Origin: Gammaproteobacteria bacterium
Lineage (GTDB): Bacteria; Pseudomonadota; Gammaproteobacteria; Arenicellales; Poriferihabitantaceae
Length of the DNA: 64,000 nt
NCBI GenBank assembly: GCA_022822625.1
Contig: JAJEAV010000080.1
Coordinates: 34,258-98,257 of the forward strand
Direction of reading: 5' to 3'
Each line of letters begins with the position of its first letter. Positions within the stretch are counted from its first letter, which is position 1. A program made the position numbers and the translations under genes. The notes beneath the pieces are model-generated. The model was given only the letters and a program-made list of their open reading frames with translations. It ran no database searches and was not told the DNA's origin. Shown here piece after piece: positions 29,582 to 40,308 of the stretch.

Positions 29582-29666
29582 TTTTGAAGGTGCTACCCTG
29601 GACGGGAGAGATTATAAGAGGGTTTTCTAAAGTTGCTTCGATGTGAGTATATTATAGAACCGAATT

Positions 29667-30190
29667 CCTAATCCTTAAATAGAGGTTTTTCTGCCCGTTG
29701 CGGTCCTGGATTTGGGCACCGGGGTGTCGGAATGGTGACGGATTGCCCGGAAGGGCCGGATTCGAAACACGAACGACGTGCAGAAGAACCTCGATTTAAG
29801 AGATTGGGGTTGATAAAGGGGTGCAGTGTCCTGGCATCGGTACCGTCAGCGACTGTTGCCCGGACTGCATTGGTTTCACGGTCCTTGATGCCGACTACTG
29901 CGGTCTTGCCAACGGATCCGCGTCCAGTGCCTTCCCGTGCCTTGCGCCTGGCATTGCTCATGTTGGACCGTTTGCCACCGAAACAGATCTCATCGACTTC
30001 CACCACTCCACACAAACTGCAACAGATTCTTCTTGACTGCAAACCACTCGTCAACCTAACATCAAGGACCATGTTAACCTTTCATCCCACAACCCGGAAC
30101 CAACTCCACATCTTCATGCGTTCAGGCTCATTTCCGAATTGGAAAACGCTGGCTTTTTACTTTTACCCCGATTCCTATTTAAGGATTAGG
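29667..30190 (-). mobile_element. Internally deleted IS1595-family element (MITE-like, 524 bp) with perfect 16-bp terminal inverted repeats
   Basis: CCTAATCCTTAAATAG at 29667-29682 has its exact reverse complement at 30175-30190. The interior encodes an ISXO2-like transposase fragment on the minus strand. Confidence 0.7.
29668..30072 (-). pseudogene. Truncated IS1595-family (ISXO2-like DDE) transposase
   Basis: VEVDEICFGGKRSNMSNARRKAREGTGRGSVGKTAVVGIKDRETNAVRATVADGTDARTLHPFI matches the start of the ISXO2-like DDE domain. The remainder of the domain is missing and the zinc-ribbon region upstream is out of frame. Confidence 0.7.
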
Positions 30191-30264
30191 GTTGTTCAAC
30201 TTGCAGAATGATGGTGCCTGTGCCATGCTATAAGCCCGTGTTTTGAAAGTCATGGTGACTTCCC

Positions 30265-30804
30265 ATGCGATTGATCATGAAAGCCGCTCTTTTGAGCCTG
30301 TTCCTTGCGACAGGGTCTCTGGCAGATCAGAATGATCCTCAGTTGGAGGACTTGTTTAATCGCTTACAGACCATTCAGGATGCCAATGAAGCCCAGATCA
30401 TCATCCAGAAAATCTGGTTCATCTGGTATCAGCATGAAAATCAGGAAGTTGAGTATCTTATGGAGCAAGGCGAGGTCAGCATGCGACGTTCCGATTATGA
30501 AGACGCCGTCCGCATATATACTCGTGTAATCGCAATTGATCCTGGTTTTGCTGAAGGGTGGAACCGGCGTGCAACAATTTATTATTTGATGGGTGAATAC
30601 GACCTCTCTACTCAGGATGTCGAGAAAACCCTGGCACTGGAACCTCGCCATTTTGGTGCCTTGTCGGGACAGGGACTAATCTATTTGAGAAGGGAAAAAC
30701 CGACACAGGCGGTTGAATATTTCAAACGGGCACTGGAGGTGAACCCACACATGTCGAATATCCGGCAGAATCTGGAATCACTGAAAGAGGATGACGTTAT
30801 CTGA
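30265..30804 (+). CDS. Secreted TPR-repeat protein
   Basis: Signal-like N-terminus MKAALLSLFLATGSLA and TPR-type repeats (YEDAVRIYTRVIAIDPGFAEGWNRRATIYYLMGEYDLS...). Size is 179 aa. Confidence 0.75.
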   Translation: MRLIMKAALLSLFLATGSLADQNDPQLEDLFNRLQTIQDANEAQIIIQKIWFIWYQHENQEVEYLMEQGEVSMRRSDYEDAVRIYTRVIAIDPGFAEGWNRRATIYYLMGEYDLSTQDVEKTLALEPRHFGALSGQGLIYLRREKPTQAVEYFKRALEVNPHMSNIRQNLESLKEDDVI

Positions 30805-30910
30805 TTCTGGCTGATCATGGAAGAGCCATTGAGAATTTCGATATGTCATTCGAAGCGAAAATCGGGTATCCTCACCACCTTCAAAATTTCCAGCAAAGAC
30901 AATTCAGACC

Positions 30911-32009
30911 ATGCGATCAATCAACGAGTTACGTGAGAATATCGAATCCGTGCGCCAACGCGTTCAGGCGTTGAGGGGGTATCTTTGACTTCGATGCCAA
31001 GAAGGACCGTCTGGAAGAAATTAACCTGATACTTGAAAATCCGGATATCTGGAACGATCTGGAACGCTCGCAGACACTCGGTCGGGAGCGTTCGATCCTG
31101 GAACAGGAAGTGACCACAATCCAGCAGCTGACCGTTGATAGCGATGAGGCACTTGAGCTTCTTCAACTGGCGGTTGATGAAGAAGATACTGATACACTCA
31201 CCGAAATTGATACAATCATCGATGACATGGAAAAGTGTCTCGGCGAGATGGAATTTCGTCGCATGTTTGACGGTGAGGCTGATGACTCCAATGCCTTTCT
31301 GGATATCCAGTCCGGTTCGGGCGGTACCGAGGCTCAGGACTGGGCCCAGATGTTGCTCAGGATGTATTCGCGTTGGGTAGAAGATCAGGGGTTCGGACTT
31401 GAACTTATTGAGCGATCAAACGGAGAAGTGGCCGGCATCAAGAGTGCTACCATTAAGGTTACCGGTTCTTTTGCCTATGGTTATCTGCGTACCGAAACCG
31501 GCGTGCACCGGTTAGTCAGGAAGAGCCCTTTTGATTCCGGGAATCGACGTCATACCTCATTTGCATCGGTTTATGTCTATCCTGAAGTCGACAACAGTTT
31601 TGAAATTGAAGTCAATCCGGCAGATTTGAGGGTCGATACATATCGCTCAAGCGGTGCGGGCGGACAGCATGTCAACAAGACCGACTCGGCTGTGCGTTTG
31701 ACTCATATACCAACCGGAATTGTCGCGCAGTCTCAGAATGACCGCTCCCAGCATCGAAATAAGGAAGAAGCAATGACCATGCTGAAGGCAAAACTGTATG
31801 AACTTGAACTGGCCAGGCGCAGACAGGAAAAACAATCCATAGAGGACAGTAAATCAGATATCGGTTGGGGGAACCAGATTCGCTCTTACGTTCTCGATCA
31901 GTCCAGAATCAAGGATCTTAGGACTGGAGTTGAAACTGGCAATACACAAGCCGTCCTGAACGGTTCGTTAAACGAGTTCATTGAGGCCAGTCTCAAGTCC
32001 GGACTGTAA
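30911..32009 (+). CDS. prfB: Peptide chain release factor 2, requires a programmed +1 frameshift at 30986
   Basis: Frame 0 runs from ATG 30911 to ...AGG GGG TAT CTT TGA. The +1 frame continues from 30987 ([13 protein letters not shown]...) in phase with the track ORF 31110..32009, which carries SPF and GGQ ([17 protein letters not shown]). Confidence 0.95.
30974..30989 (+). other. prfB autoregulatory +1 frameshift site
   Basis: AGGGGG (internal SD-like) is followed by TAT CTT TGA C, the canonical slippery CUU-UGA-C context. Confidence 0.9.
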
Positions 32010-32038
32010 GTCAGAATCAGGCAATCCAGTACCATGCA

Positions 32039-33538
32039 ATGAGCGAAGAAGTCGATCAAATCGCGCAAAGGCGAAATAAACTTGCCATGCTCAGGGAAAG
32101 CGAGAATCCCTTTCCCAATAATTTCAGGCGAACTGCGTTTGCTGGAGACCTCCAGAGTCAGTATGCGGATACGGAGTTTTCAGAAGATCAGGATACGATA
32201 TGCGTCAGGGTTTCAGGGCGTTTGATGAGTCGGCGCCTGATGGGCAAGGCCAGTTTTACCCATATTCAGGATGCCACCGGACAAGTCCAGCTGTTTCTAC
32301 AGAAAAATCAACTCGGTGAAGCAGAATATGAACAGTTCAGGAACTACGACATCGGTGATATCGTGGGTGTCGAGGGGGAATTGTTTCGAACAAGAACCGG
32401 GGAACTGTCGGTGCGAGTCAAACAGATTTCCCTGCTGACCAAGGCACTACGGCCCCTGCCCGAGAAATTCCATGGACTGACCGATCCCGAAACTCGCTAT
32501 CGACAGCGTTATCTTGACCTGCTCATGAACGAGGATACAAGGTCGGTATTTCATGCACGCGCTGCCATTATTCAGCATATCCGGGAGTTCATGATATCGC
32601 ATCGATATCTGGAAGTGGAAACGCCAATGATGCACCCGATTCCGGGGGGGGCGGTTGCCCGGCCTTTCGTTACCCATCATAATGCGCTGGATATGGATCT
32701 GTATCTTCGTGTCGCGCCAGAGCTGTATCTGAAAAAGCTGGTTGTCGGGGGCTTTGAACGAGTATTCGAAATCAACCGCAATTTCCGCAATGAAGGCATG
32801 AGCACCCGACACAACCCGGAATTCACGATGATGGAATTCTATTGTGCCTATGCAGACTACAACGATTTTATTGCCTTGACCCAGGATCTGGTAAAAAGCC
32901 TTTGCGAGAGTGTAGTGGGCAGTGAGCAGTTGACCTATCAGGGCCAGAGGATCGATTTTTCCGGCAGCTTCGAGCGTTACGACATGATCGAATCGATCCT
33001 GAAATTCAATCCGGACATATCCCGCAACATGCTTCGTGATGAACAGGCCATTCGTGAACTTGCCAGCCATATGCAGATCCAGGTCGGACCCAGGGATGGT
33101 CTTGGCAAGATTCAAATGGAAATTTTCGAAAAACACGTAGAGCACAAATTGATCCAGCCGACCTTTATTACCGGCTACCCTGTCGAAGTTTCCCCGTTGT
33201 CGAGACGCAATGATGAACAGCCTGAAATCAGCGATCGTTTCGAGTTTTTCGTGGCAGGCAGGGAAATTGCCAATGGTTTTTCGGAGCTGAACGATGCGGA
33301 AGATCAGGCCAGGAGATTTCAGGATCAGGTGGGCAAGAAAGATGCGGGCGATCAGGAAGCGATGCATTTTGATGCGGATTACATCCGCGCCCTTGAGCAT
33401 GGGCTGCCACCCACAGCGGGCGAGGGCATCGGCATTGATCGGCTGGTGATGATCCTGACTGACTCTCCATCAATTCGTGATGTGGTGTTATTTCCGCATA
33501 TGCGCCAACAACTGAAGGTATCGGCTCAATCGGAATGA
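32039..33538 (+). CDS. lysS: Lysine--tRNA ligase (class II)
   Basis: 499 aa with FRNEGMSTRHNPEFTMMEFY (motif 2) and GEGIGIDRLVMIL (motif 3). The prfB-lysS synteny supports the call. Confidence 0.95.
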   Translation: MSEEVDQIAQRRNKLAMLRESENPFPNNFRRTAFAGDLQSQYADTEFSEDQDTICVRVSGRLMSRRLMGKASFTHIQDATGQVQLFLQKNQLGEAEYEQFRNYDIGDIVGVEGELFRTRTGELSVRVKQISLLTKALRPLPEKFHGLTDPETRYRQRYLDLLMNEDTRSVFHARAAIIQHIREFMISHRYLEVETPMMHPIPGGAVARPFVTHHNALDMDLYLRVAPELYLKKLVVGGFERVFEINRNFRNEGMSTRHNPEFTMMEFYCAYADYNDFIALTQDLVKSLCESVVGSEQLTYQGQRIDFSGSFERYDMIESILKFNPDISRNMLRDEQAIRELASHMQIQVGPRDGLGKIQMEIFEKHVEHKLIQPTFITGYPVEVSPLSRRNDEQPEISDRFEFFVAGREIANGFSELNDAEDQARRFQDQVGKKDAGDQEAMHFDADYIRALEHGLPPTAGEGIGIDRLVMILTDSPSIRDVVLFPHMRQQLKVSAQSE

Positions 33539-33592
33539 GCAAAAACCTTGGTCAACATGATGCAGTCTAACCAACAATCCCCCGTCGAGTAA

Positions 33593-34840
33593 ATGTCCAA
33601 GTCTCTCGAGTTGACGATTGGTCTTCGTTATCTTCGTGCCAAACGCAGAAACCACTTCATCTCTTTCATCTCGATAATCTCGATGCTCGGCATCATACTG
33701 GGTGTCTGGGCCTTGATCACGATCATGTCCGTGATGAATGGATTTCACAGTGACCTCCGTGAACGCATTTTATTCGTGGTCTCGCATGTGACTGTTCAAG
33801 CCAAGAGTGGCTATCTCGACAACTGGTTACCGGTTGCCCGGTACACCCAGGAGCTTGAAGATGTGACTGCCTTGGCACCATTTGTTCTGGGGCAAGGTCT
33901 GTTGACCAGCGGTAAACATGTCAAGGGAGCGCTAATCCGGGGAATTTATCCGGATTATGAAAGGACGGTTTCCGAGTTAATGAACCATGTAGTGGCAGGC
34001 AGTACGGACGAGTTGGAACCCGGAAGTTATTCCATTGTGCTCGGCAAACGGCTGGCCCAGTCTCTGGAACTCGAAATAGGCGACAAGGTCAATCTGGTAG
34101 CACCCAAGGGCAAGGTAACTCCGGCTGGTATTTTACCTAGAATGAAGCGATTTACGGTTGTCGGATTGTTCGAAATCGACATGTATGAATACGACAGCGG
34201 TATAGCACTTGTCAATATTGAAGACTTGCAGAAAGTGCTCGGTATTGACAATGCGGTGAGCGGAGTACGCCTCAAGCTGCGTGATATTGATCGTGCCAGA
34301 ACCTTGCGAAGCGAAGTACAGCAGGTTCTAGGCAGTGGATTCAGGGTTCGCGACTGGACTCAGGAGCATGCCAATTTTTTTCGAGCGCTTGAGATTGAAA
34401 AACGCGTCGTATTCATTGTGATGATGCTGATCGTGGCTGTTGCGGCGTTCAATCTTGTTTCGACACTGGTCATGATTGTCACTGACAAGCAATCCGATGT
34501 AGCCATATTGCGGACCCTGGGCATGAGTCCGGGCAGCATTATGCGTATATTCATGGTTCAGGGATCCACGATCGGAATCATTGGTGTTATTGTCGGTGGA
34601 ACGATCGGGGTGATTACTGCCCTGAATATGGAAACCCTGGTTCCCTGGATTGAACAGCTGTTCAATACGGAGTTGTTTCCTTCGGATGTCTATGTGATCA
34701 GCGATTTCCCTGCCAGACTGGAATGGTTCGATGTAATGGTGGTGATTGGGGCATCCCTGATCATGAGTTTTCTCGCAACGATTTATCCTGCCCTTCGAGC
34801 TTCGCGTGTCGAGCCGGCCGAGGCCTTGCGTTATGAATGA
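33593..34840 (+). CDS. lolC: Lipoprotein-releasing system permease (LolC/LolE type)
   Basis: N-terminus LELTIGLRYLRAKRRNHFISFISIIS, a large periplasmic loop, and a C-terminal FtsX-like TM bundle ending YPALRASRVEPAEALRYE. Confidence 0.9.
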   Translation: MSKSLELTIGLRYLRAKRRNHFISFISIISMLGIILGVWALITIMSVMNGFHSDLRERILFVVSHVTVQAKSGYLDNWLPVARYTQELEDVTALAPFVLGQGLLTSGKHVKGALIRGIYPDYERTVSELMNHVVAGSTDELEPGSYSIVLGKRLAQSLELEIGDKVNLVAPKGKVTPAGILPRMKRFTVVGLFEIDMYEYDSGIALVNIEDLQKVLGIDNAVSGVRLKLRDIDRARTLRSEVQQVLGSGFRVRDWTQEHANFFRALEIEKRVVFIVMMLIVAVAAFNLVSTLVMIVTDKQSDVAILRTLGMSPGSIMRIFMVQGSTIGIIGVIVGGTIGVITALNMETLVPWIEQLFNTELFPSDVYVISDFPARLEWFDVMVVIGASLIMSFLATIYPALRASRVEPAEALRYE

Positions 34841-35534
34841 GCCAAATCCCGAAAACAAGCCGGTTGTGCATTGCAAGGCCGTAACAAAGACCTTTCAGGA
34901 AGGAAACCTTGAAGTCGATGTATTAAAGGGAGTCGACCTTGAGTTGTACCGTGGCGAACGGATAGCCATTGTCGGCATGTCAGGGTCTGGGAAGAGCACA
35001 CTGTTGCATGTTCTAGGGGGACTGTCCTTGCCCACTAGCGGTCAGGTGTTGATCAACGATTACGATATAAATGCGGCATCCCAGAAAAAGCGGGGATATA
35101 TTCGAAACAGGCATCTTGGTTTTGTCTATCAGTTTCATCATCTTCTGCCAGAGTTCACGACTCTTGAAAATGTTGCCATGCCGCTTTTTATCCGGCGTGA
35201 GAATCGAATTTCAGCATACAGTCAGGCCAGTGAAATCCTGGAGCATGTCGGACTGAAGGAACGTATGCATCACAAGCCCGGAGAGTTGTCCGGTGGAGAG
35301 CGCCAGCGCACCGCAATCGCTCGTGCCGTGGTCACCAGGCCCTCCTGCGTCATGGCCGATGAGCCGACCGGAAATCTGGATGAAAACACTGCCAGACGAA
35401 TCCATGATACCTTGTTGAATTACGATGGTCAGAACGGATTCGCCTTGATTATGGTAACGCACAATCTGGCGCTGGCAAGACAGGCAGACCGTGTTTTCAG
35501 TCTTGAAAACGGAGTGCTGGTAGAGTCTGGCTAG
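34833..35534 (+). CDS. lolD: Lipoprotein-releasing system ATP-binding protein
   Basis: Walker A GMSGSGKST, signature LSGGERQRTAIARA and Walker B VMADEPTGNLD. The ATG at 34833 overlaps the lolC stop. Confidence 0.9.
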   Translation: MNEPNPENKPVVHCKAVTKTFQEGNLEVDVLKGVDLELYRGERIAIVGMSGSGKSTLLHVLGGLSLPTSGQVLINDYDINAASQKKRGYIRNRHLGFVYQFHHLLPEFTTLENVAMPLFIRRENRISAYSQASEILEHVGLKERMHHKPGELSGGERQRTAIARAVVTRPSCVMADEPTGNLDENTARRIHDTLLNYDGQNGFALIMVTHNLALARQADRVFSLENGVLVESG

Positions 35535-35665
35535 GTGGATCAAACACGGACCTCGCCATTGTTCAGCAAGTGGCTTGCCCCTATTGTGTTTGACAAAAAC
35601 GCATCCATCTATGGCGAAATTGCCTCTTGCGAACCACCCCCATCCTTCCAATCGGATGAATCATC

Positions 35666-38068
35666 ATGAATGAAGAAGTCGAGTCAGAAGTCGAGTCGGA
35701 ACCCAAGTCGGAACTCGAACCGGAAGTCGTCAACGAGATCGCCCGATCAGCCGACGTTCTGCCTAGTACGTTGTACATGTTGCCGGTGTCGAAAAAGCCG
35801 GTATTTCCCAGTCAGATTATTCCAGTCATGATTGACTTCAAGGTTTGGGAAAGTACCTTCAAGGCCATTTATGAAGAGGAAATGAATTACCTGGGTGTGG
35901 TGTATACGGCTGATGTTGAGTCGGATATCGCTACTGTGGACGACCTTGCCGAAATTGGCACGGTCTGCCGTATCCATCAATTGGAGCGACAGGATGACCA
36001 CATTCATATGGTGATTTCGGGCGTGCAGCGGATACAAACCCTGAATTGGGTCAGCCGCGAGAGACCCTATACTGCACAGGTCCACCATTTCCCTGAGACG
36101 ATAGCACCACGTTCGAATCAGATCAAGGCCTATACAACTGCCATATTCAATACCTTCAAGGAACTTTTGCCCTTGAATCCGATGCATGGCGAAGAGTTGA
36201 AAATGTTCCTGAATAATTTCGGGACGTCTGATCCCTCAAGGCTGGCATATTTGGGGGCCAGCATGACCACTGCGGATGGTCCTGAACTTCAGGATATCCT
36301 GAATACTGTCGATCTTGCCCCGAGGATGGAAAAGACTCTGGTATTGTTGCGCAAGGAAGTCGAAATTGCCAAGGTCCAGTCCGATATACGTACCCATATC
36401 GAGAGTGAACTAACCCAACATCAGCGTGAGAATCTGCTACGCGAGCAACTGAAATATATCCAGAAGGAGCTTGGGATTTCGAAGGATGACCGTGAAGCGG
36501 AAATCGAGACCTTCCGTGGTCGACTTGAAAAACTCACCGTTCCGGAACACGCAGCCAAGAAAATCGACGAAGAACTGGAAAAAATGGCGATGCTCGAGAG
36601 AGGATCACCAGAGTATACGGTTACCCGCAACTATCTTGACTGGTTGACTTCCATTCCGTGGGGGGTGTGTAGTGAAGACCGTCTTGATCTGGATACCGGA
36701 AGAAAGATTCTCGATGCCGATCACGAGGGGCTTGATGAAGCCAAGCAACGAATTCTGGAATTTATCGGGGTTGGCAAGATGCGTGGGGTGATTTCCGGAT
36801 CCATTATCCTGTTTGTCGGTCCACCTGGAGTCGGAAAAACTTCGCTGGGTCGATCCATAGCCAATACTCTGGCAAGAAAGTTTTATCGCTTCTCGTTAGG
36901 CGGGATGCGTGATGAGGCGGAGATCAAGGGTCATCGTCGTACCTACATTGGTTCGATGCCCGGCAAATTTGTGCAGGCCTTGCGGGAATGTGGTACATCC
37001 AACCCCGTGATCATGCTTGATGAAATTGACAAGGTTGGTGCTTCCTATCGTGGAGACCCGGCTCATGCACTGCTTGAGGTCCTGGATCCCGAACAGAACA
37101 AGGAATATCTTGATTACTACCTTGATGTCAGGGTCGATTTGTCGAATGTACTCTTTATCTGTACCGCTAATCAACTCGATACAATACCCGGACCACTACT
37201 GGATCGCATGGAGGAAATCCGGTTGTCGGGCTATTTGACCGATGAGAAAGTCGCGATTGCCCGCAAGCATCTACTGCCGAAACAAATCACTTCGGCCGGA
37301 CTCAAGAAGCGTGGGCAATTACGCATTGACTCGAGCGCAATTCGAAAGCTCATTGATGGATATGCTCGAGAGGCCGGGGTTCGAAGGCTGGAGAAGATGA
37401 TCGGCACAATCGTTCGAAAATCCGTCATGAAGCTGCTTGATGATCATCCCCCGCCAGTACATGTCAAGTCCGCTGATCTTGAAGATTATCTGGGCAAGCC
37501 ACGATTTGAAAAAGAGAGCCTGATTGTCGGAGTGGGCGTGGTAAGAGGTTTGGCCTGGACAGCATTGGGCGGGAGTACCCTGGACATTGAAGCAACCCGT
37601 GCCCACGCATTCAATCGGGGGTTTCGAATGACTGGACACCTTGGCGATATCATGAAGGAATCAGCCGAAATTGCCTACAGTTACGTGATAGGCAATGCGG
37701 AGTCACTGGGGGTGGACAACCAGTTTTTTGAATCGTCGATGATCCATCTACATGTGCCTGCAGGAGCTACCCCAAAGGACGGGCCAAGTGCCGGGATCAC
37801 CATCGCATCGGCCTTGATTTCTCTGGCATGTGGCAAGAGGATCAGGGGCAATCTTGCAATGACCGGGGAGCTTTCCCTGACTGGACAGGTCTTGCCGGTT
37901 GGCGGGATTCGCGAGAAGCTGGTGGCGGCACGACGCATGAAGATTCGCAATGTAGTCTTGCCGAGCAAAAACCAGGGAGACTATGAGGAATTGCCAGACT
38001 ATATTCTGAATGGGCTAAATATCAGTTTTGTCTCACACTACCGGGAGGTGGTTGAGTTGATCTTTTGA
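35666..38068 (+). CDS. lon: ATP-dependent Lon protease (LonA type)
   Basis: LON N-domain (LPVSKKPVFP), AAA+ Walker A GPPGVGKTS, catalytic Ser context PKDGPSAGITIASALIS and Lys context GGIREKLVAARR. Confidence 0.9.
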   Translation: MNEEVESEVESEPKSELEPEVVNEIARSADVLPSTLYMLPVSKKPVFPSQIIPVMIDFKVWESTFKAIYEEEMNYLGVVYTADVESDIATVDDLAEIGTVCRIHQLERQDDHIHMVISGVQRIQTLNWVSRERPYTAQVHHFPETIAPRSNQIKAYTTAIFNTFKELLPLNPMHGEELKMFLNNFGTSDPSRLAYLGASMTTADGPELQDILNTVDLAPRMEKTLVLLRKEVEIAKVQSDIRTHIESELTQHQRENLLREQLKYIQKELGISKDDREAEIETFRGRLEKLTVPEHAAKKIDEELEKMAMLERGSPEYTVTRNYLDWLTSIPWGVCSEDRLDLDTGRKILDADHEGLDEAKQRILEFIGVGKMRGVISGSIILFVGPPGVGKTSLGRSIANTLARKFYRFSLGGMRDEAEIKGHRRTYIGSMPGKFVQALRECGTSNPVIMLDEIDKVGASYRGDPAHALLEVLDPEQNKEYLDYYLDVRVDLSNVLFICTANQLDTIPGPLLDRMEEIRLSGYLTDEKVAIARKHLLPKQITSAGLKKRGQLRIDSSAIRKLIDGYAREAGVRRLEKMIGTIVRKSVMKLLDDHPPPVHVKSADLEDYLGKPRFEKESLIVGVGVVRGLAWTALGGSTLDIEATRAHAFNRGFRMTGHLGDIMKESAEIAYSYVIGNAESLGVDNQFFESSMIHLHVPAGATPKDGPSAGITIASALISLACGKRIRGNLAMTGELSLTGQVLPVGGIREKLVAARRMKIRNVVLPSKNQGDYEELPDYILNGLNISFVSHYREVVELIF

Positions 38069-38125
38069 GCCAGTTTCGCTTGTCTCGTCATTCCTGGCGT
38101 GCTGTATTCTCCCATGAAATGGCGC

Positions 38126-39034
38126 TTAGCCGAACAACAACAGCAAAAGTATTCCGGTTGTAATCAGAATGACCCCGATAATTTCCTTGCCGGTGACTTT
38201 TTCGCGAAAATAGAACAGGGTTGCGAGGAAGGTAAATACCAGTTCGATTTGGCCTAGTGCCCGAACAAAGGCCGCTTTTTGCAGTGTGAATGCGGTAAAC
38301 CAGCAAAGGCTGGCACAGGCACCGGCAATGCCTGCCAAGCCGCCCCAGCGCCAGTGTCGGAAGACCGAGACCAGGTTTGCACGATCGACAATCAGTATGC
38401 CAATCCCCATGATCAGGGTCTGCATGATCAGGGAGATCGCAAGCGTGTAGGCTGCGTTTGCATAAAAAGGTTCATAGTCAAGTGCCTGTGTTGCACCCCG
38501 AAACAGTGCAGAGGAGGTGCCGAGCAGGCAAGCTGTCGTGAGTCCAAGCAGGGTGGCTTTGCTGAACAAGCCCTGGACTAACGATGAGACGGTAAGGTCT
38601 CGTTCGCCCATGGACAGGGCCAGAACGCCCAGGGATGAAATTCCAATCGAAAATATCGCCCACTGGCTGATGGTTTCACCGAGGGCCAGAGCTGCAACAA
38701 TTGCTACCATGATGACTTCCAGTTTGGAAAAGGTCGTACCGACGGCAAAACTCTTATAGGTGAATGTCCAGAGCAGGGACAAGGTAAACAGGATCTGGCT
38801 AATCCCGCCCGTCAGGCAGAAAATCAGAAATCGGACATTCGGTTCGGGTGTCGGTAGATTGCCGAACTTGAGTACTATGAGGAGATAGACAAGTACTAGC
38901 GGAAGTGCGTAGACAAAGCGCGAATATGCGGCACCGATTGTCGAGAGATCATCCTTGAGCTTTTTCTGGATGGCAGACCGCAGATTCTGGAAGAATCCGG
39001 CCATAACGGTAATCGGTATCCAAAGTTCAACCAT
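38126..39034 (-). CDS. EamA/DMT-superfamily transporter
   Basis: 302 aa with about 10 TM segments in a duplicated EamA-like arrangement. Confidence 0.75.
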   Translation of the reverse strand: MVELWIPITVMAGFFQNLRSAIQKKLKDDLSTIGAAYSRFVYALPLVLVYLLIVLKFGNLPTPEPNVRFLIFCLTGGISQILFTLSLLWTFTYKSFAVGTTFSKLEVIMVAIVAALALGETISQWAIFSIGISSLGVLALSMGERDLTVSSLVQGLFSKATLLGLTTACLLGTSSALFRGATQALDYEPFYANAAYTLAISLIMQTLIMGIGILIVDRANLVSVFRHWRWGGLAGIAGACASLCWFTAFTLQKAAFVRALGQIELVFTFLATLFYFREKVTGKEIIGVILITTGILLLLLFG

Positions 39035-39302
39035 GGAAAGAGGAGAGTGCTGGTGCTGGAATTATCCACGATAGCAGAATACGCATTGAAATGTCGGATA
39101 ATCCGAATGCCGTAATTGCCGTATACTTGCCGCATCACGAACAGGTGTATGCAATGCCGCGGGTTATTGCCTGATTTCATCGTGGGGGGATTGTAGAGGA
39201 TTTTGGTTGTTTTTTGAGTTTTCAATAACCGGATTGGACATTGCATGATCAGGTAACTTGCCGGTGATATTCAAGAGCTCTGCAACCCTGCGTGGTGGAC
39301 TG

Positions 39303-40187
39303 ATGTTGATCGGCAGCATGTCGATAATTGGCCTGGTGGATAATTTCATCCTGTTCATTGCCGATGAAGGTGGAGTCTGGCAGTTTTACCTGATGCGGGC
39401 CATGATCGCCTGCCTGATGATTTCAGGCTATCTCGTCTATCGCAAGCATCAGCTTCGTGCCAATCATTTCTGGTGGGTTGCACTTCGGTCAATGTTGATG
39501 GCCATTGCAGTACTGATTTACTTCATTGCGATCTCCTTTCTGCCGATTGCCGTTGCCGGTGCAATTCTGTTTACTTCCCCGATATTCCTGCTGATCTTTT
39601 CGGTACTGATTTTCAGGACGCGAATTGGGGGCTGGAGGATTTTGGCAGTAATTTCCGGTTTTGTAGGCATTACTCTCGTCCTGAAGCCCGATCCTCAGGA
39701 TCTGAACATCCTCATTCTGGTGCCAGTGCTGGCCGGAATCATGTATGCGATTGGTCAGCTTGTAACGCGACACCGATGTGCAAATGAAGATACGCTGGTG
39801 TTGCTGTTCGGATTTTTCCTTGTGACCGGTGTGTTGGGATTACTGGGTGTTGTCGTGTTGAGTGTATTCCCCGATCTGCAGAGAGTGAATACCGAAGATT
39901 CCTTTGTCAGCACTGGCTGGGTGAAACCCAGTGGCGAATTCCTGTTCTGGACCATGATTCAGGCAATTGGGTCCTTGATTGCCGTTTCTGGACTGATACG
40001 AGCCTACCAGATCGCCGAACCGACCTACATCGCAGTGTTTGAATACAGTTTCATAGTGTTTGCTGGATTTTGGGGATGGGTAATCTGGAATGAGGTGCTC
40101 GATTCGACTGCAATAACCGGGGTTGTCACGATCATTACGGCAGGGGTCATCATCACGATCCGGACAGCAAAATCCGAAGCAGCCTGA
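39303..40187 (+). CDS. EamA/DMT-superfamily transporter
   Basis: Polytopic and EamA-like. The track start at 39258 is TTG, so the first ATG (MLIGSMSIIG...) is listed. Confidence 0.75.
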   Translation: MLIGSMSIIGLVDNFILFIADEGGVWQFYLMRAMIACLMISGYLVYRKHQLRANHFWWVALRSMLMAIAVLIYFIAISFLPIAVAGAILFTSPIFLLIFSVLIFRTRIGGWRILAVISGFVGITLVLKPDPQDLNILILVPVLAGIMYAIGQLVTRHRCANEDTLVLLFGFFLVTGVLGLLGVVVLSVFPDLQRVNTEDSFVSTGWVKPSGEFLFWTMIQAIGSLIAVSGLIRAYQIAEPTYIAVFEYSFIVFAGFWGWVIWNEVLDSTAITGVVTIITAGVIITIRTAKSEAA

Positions 40188-40308
40188 ATGGTCGTTGGAT
40201 GAGCAGGAAATCAATTCCCGTCAACCCTTACAGTTTCGCAGTGATTTTCATGTACCCGAGGTTCGTGACCGAAAGAGGGATGCCTAAGGGAATTTTCTGC
40301 AAACAGGG

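Noticed and set aside
32447-33400. 317-aa minus-strand ORF
   Set aside because: It lies entirely antisense to lysS, which has unmistakable class II synthetase motifs. Its composition is unlike real proteins.
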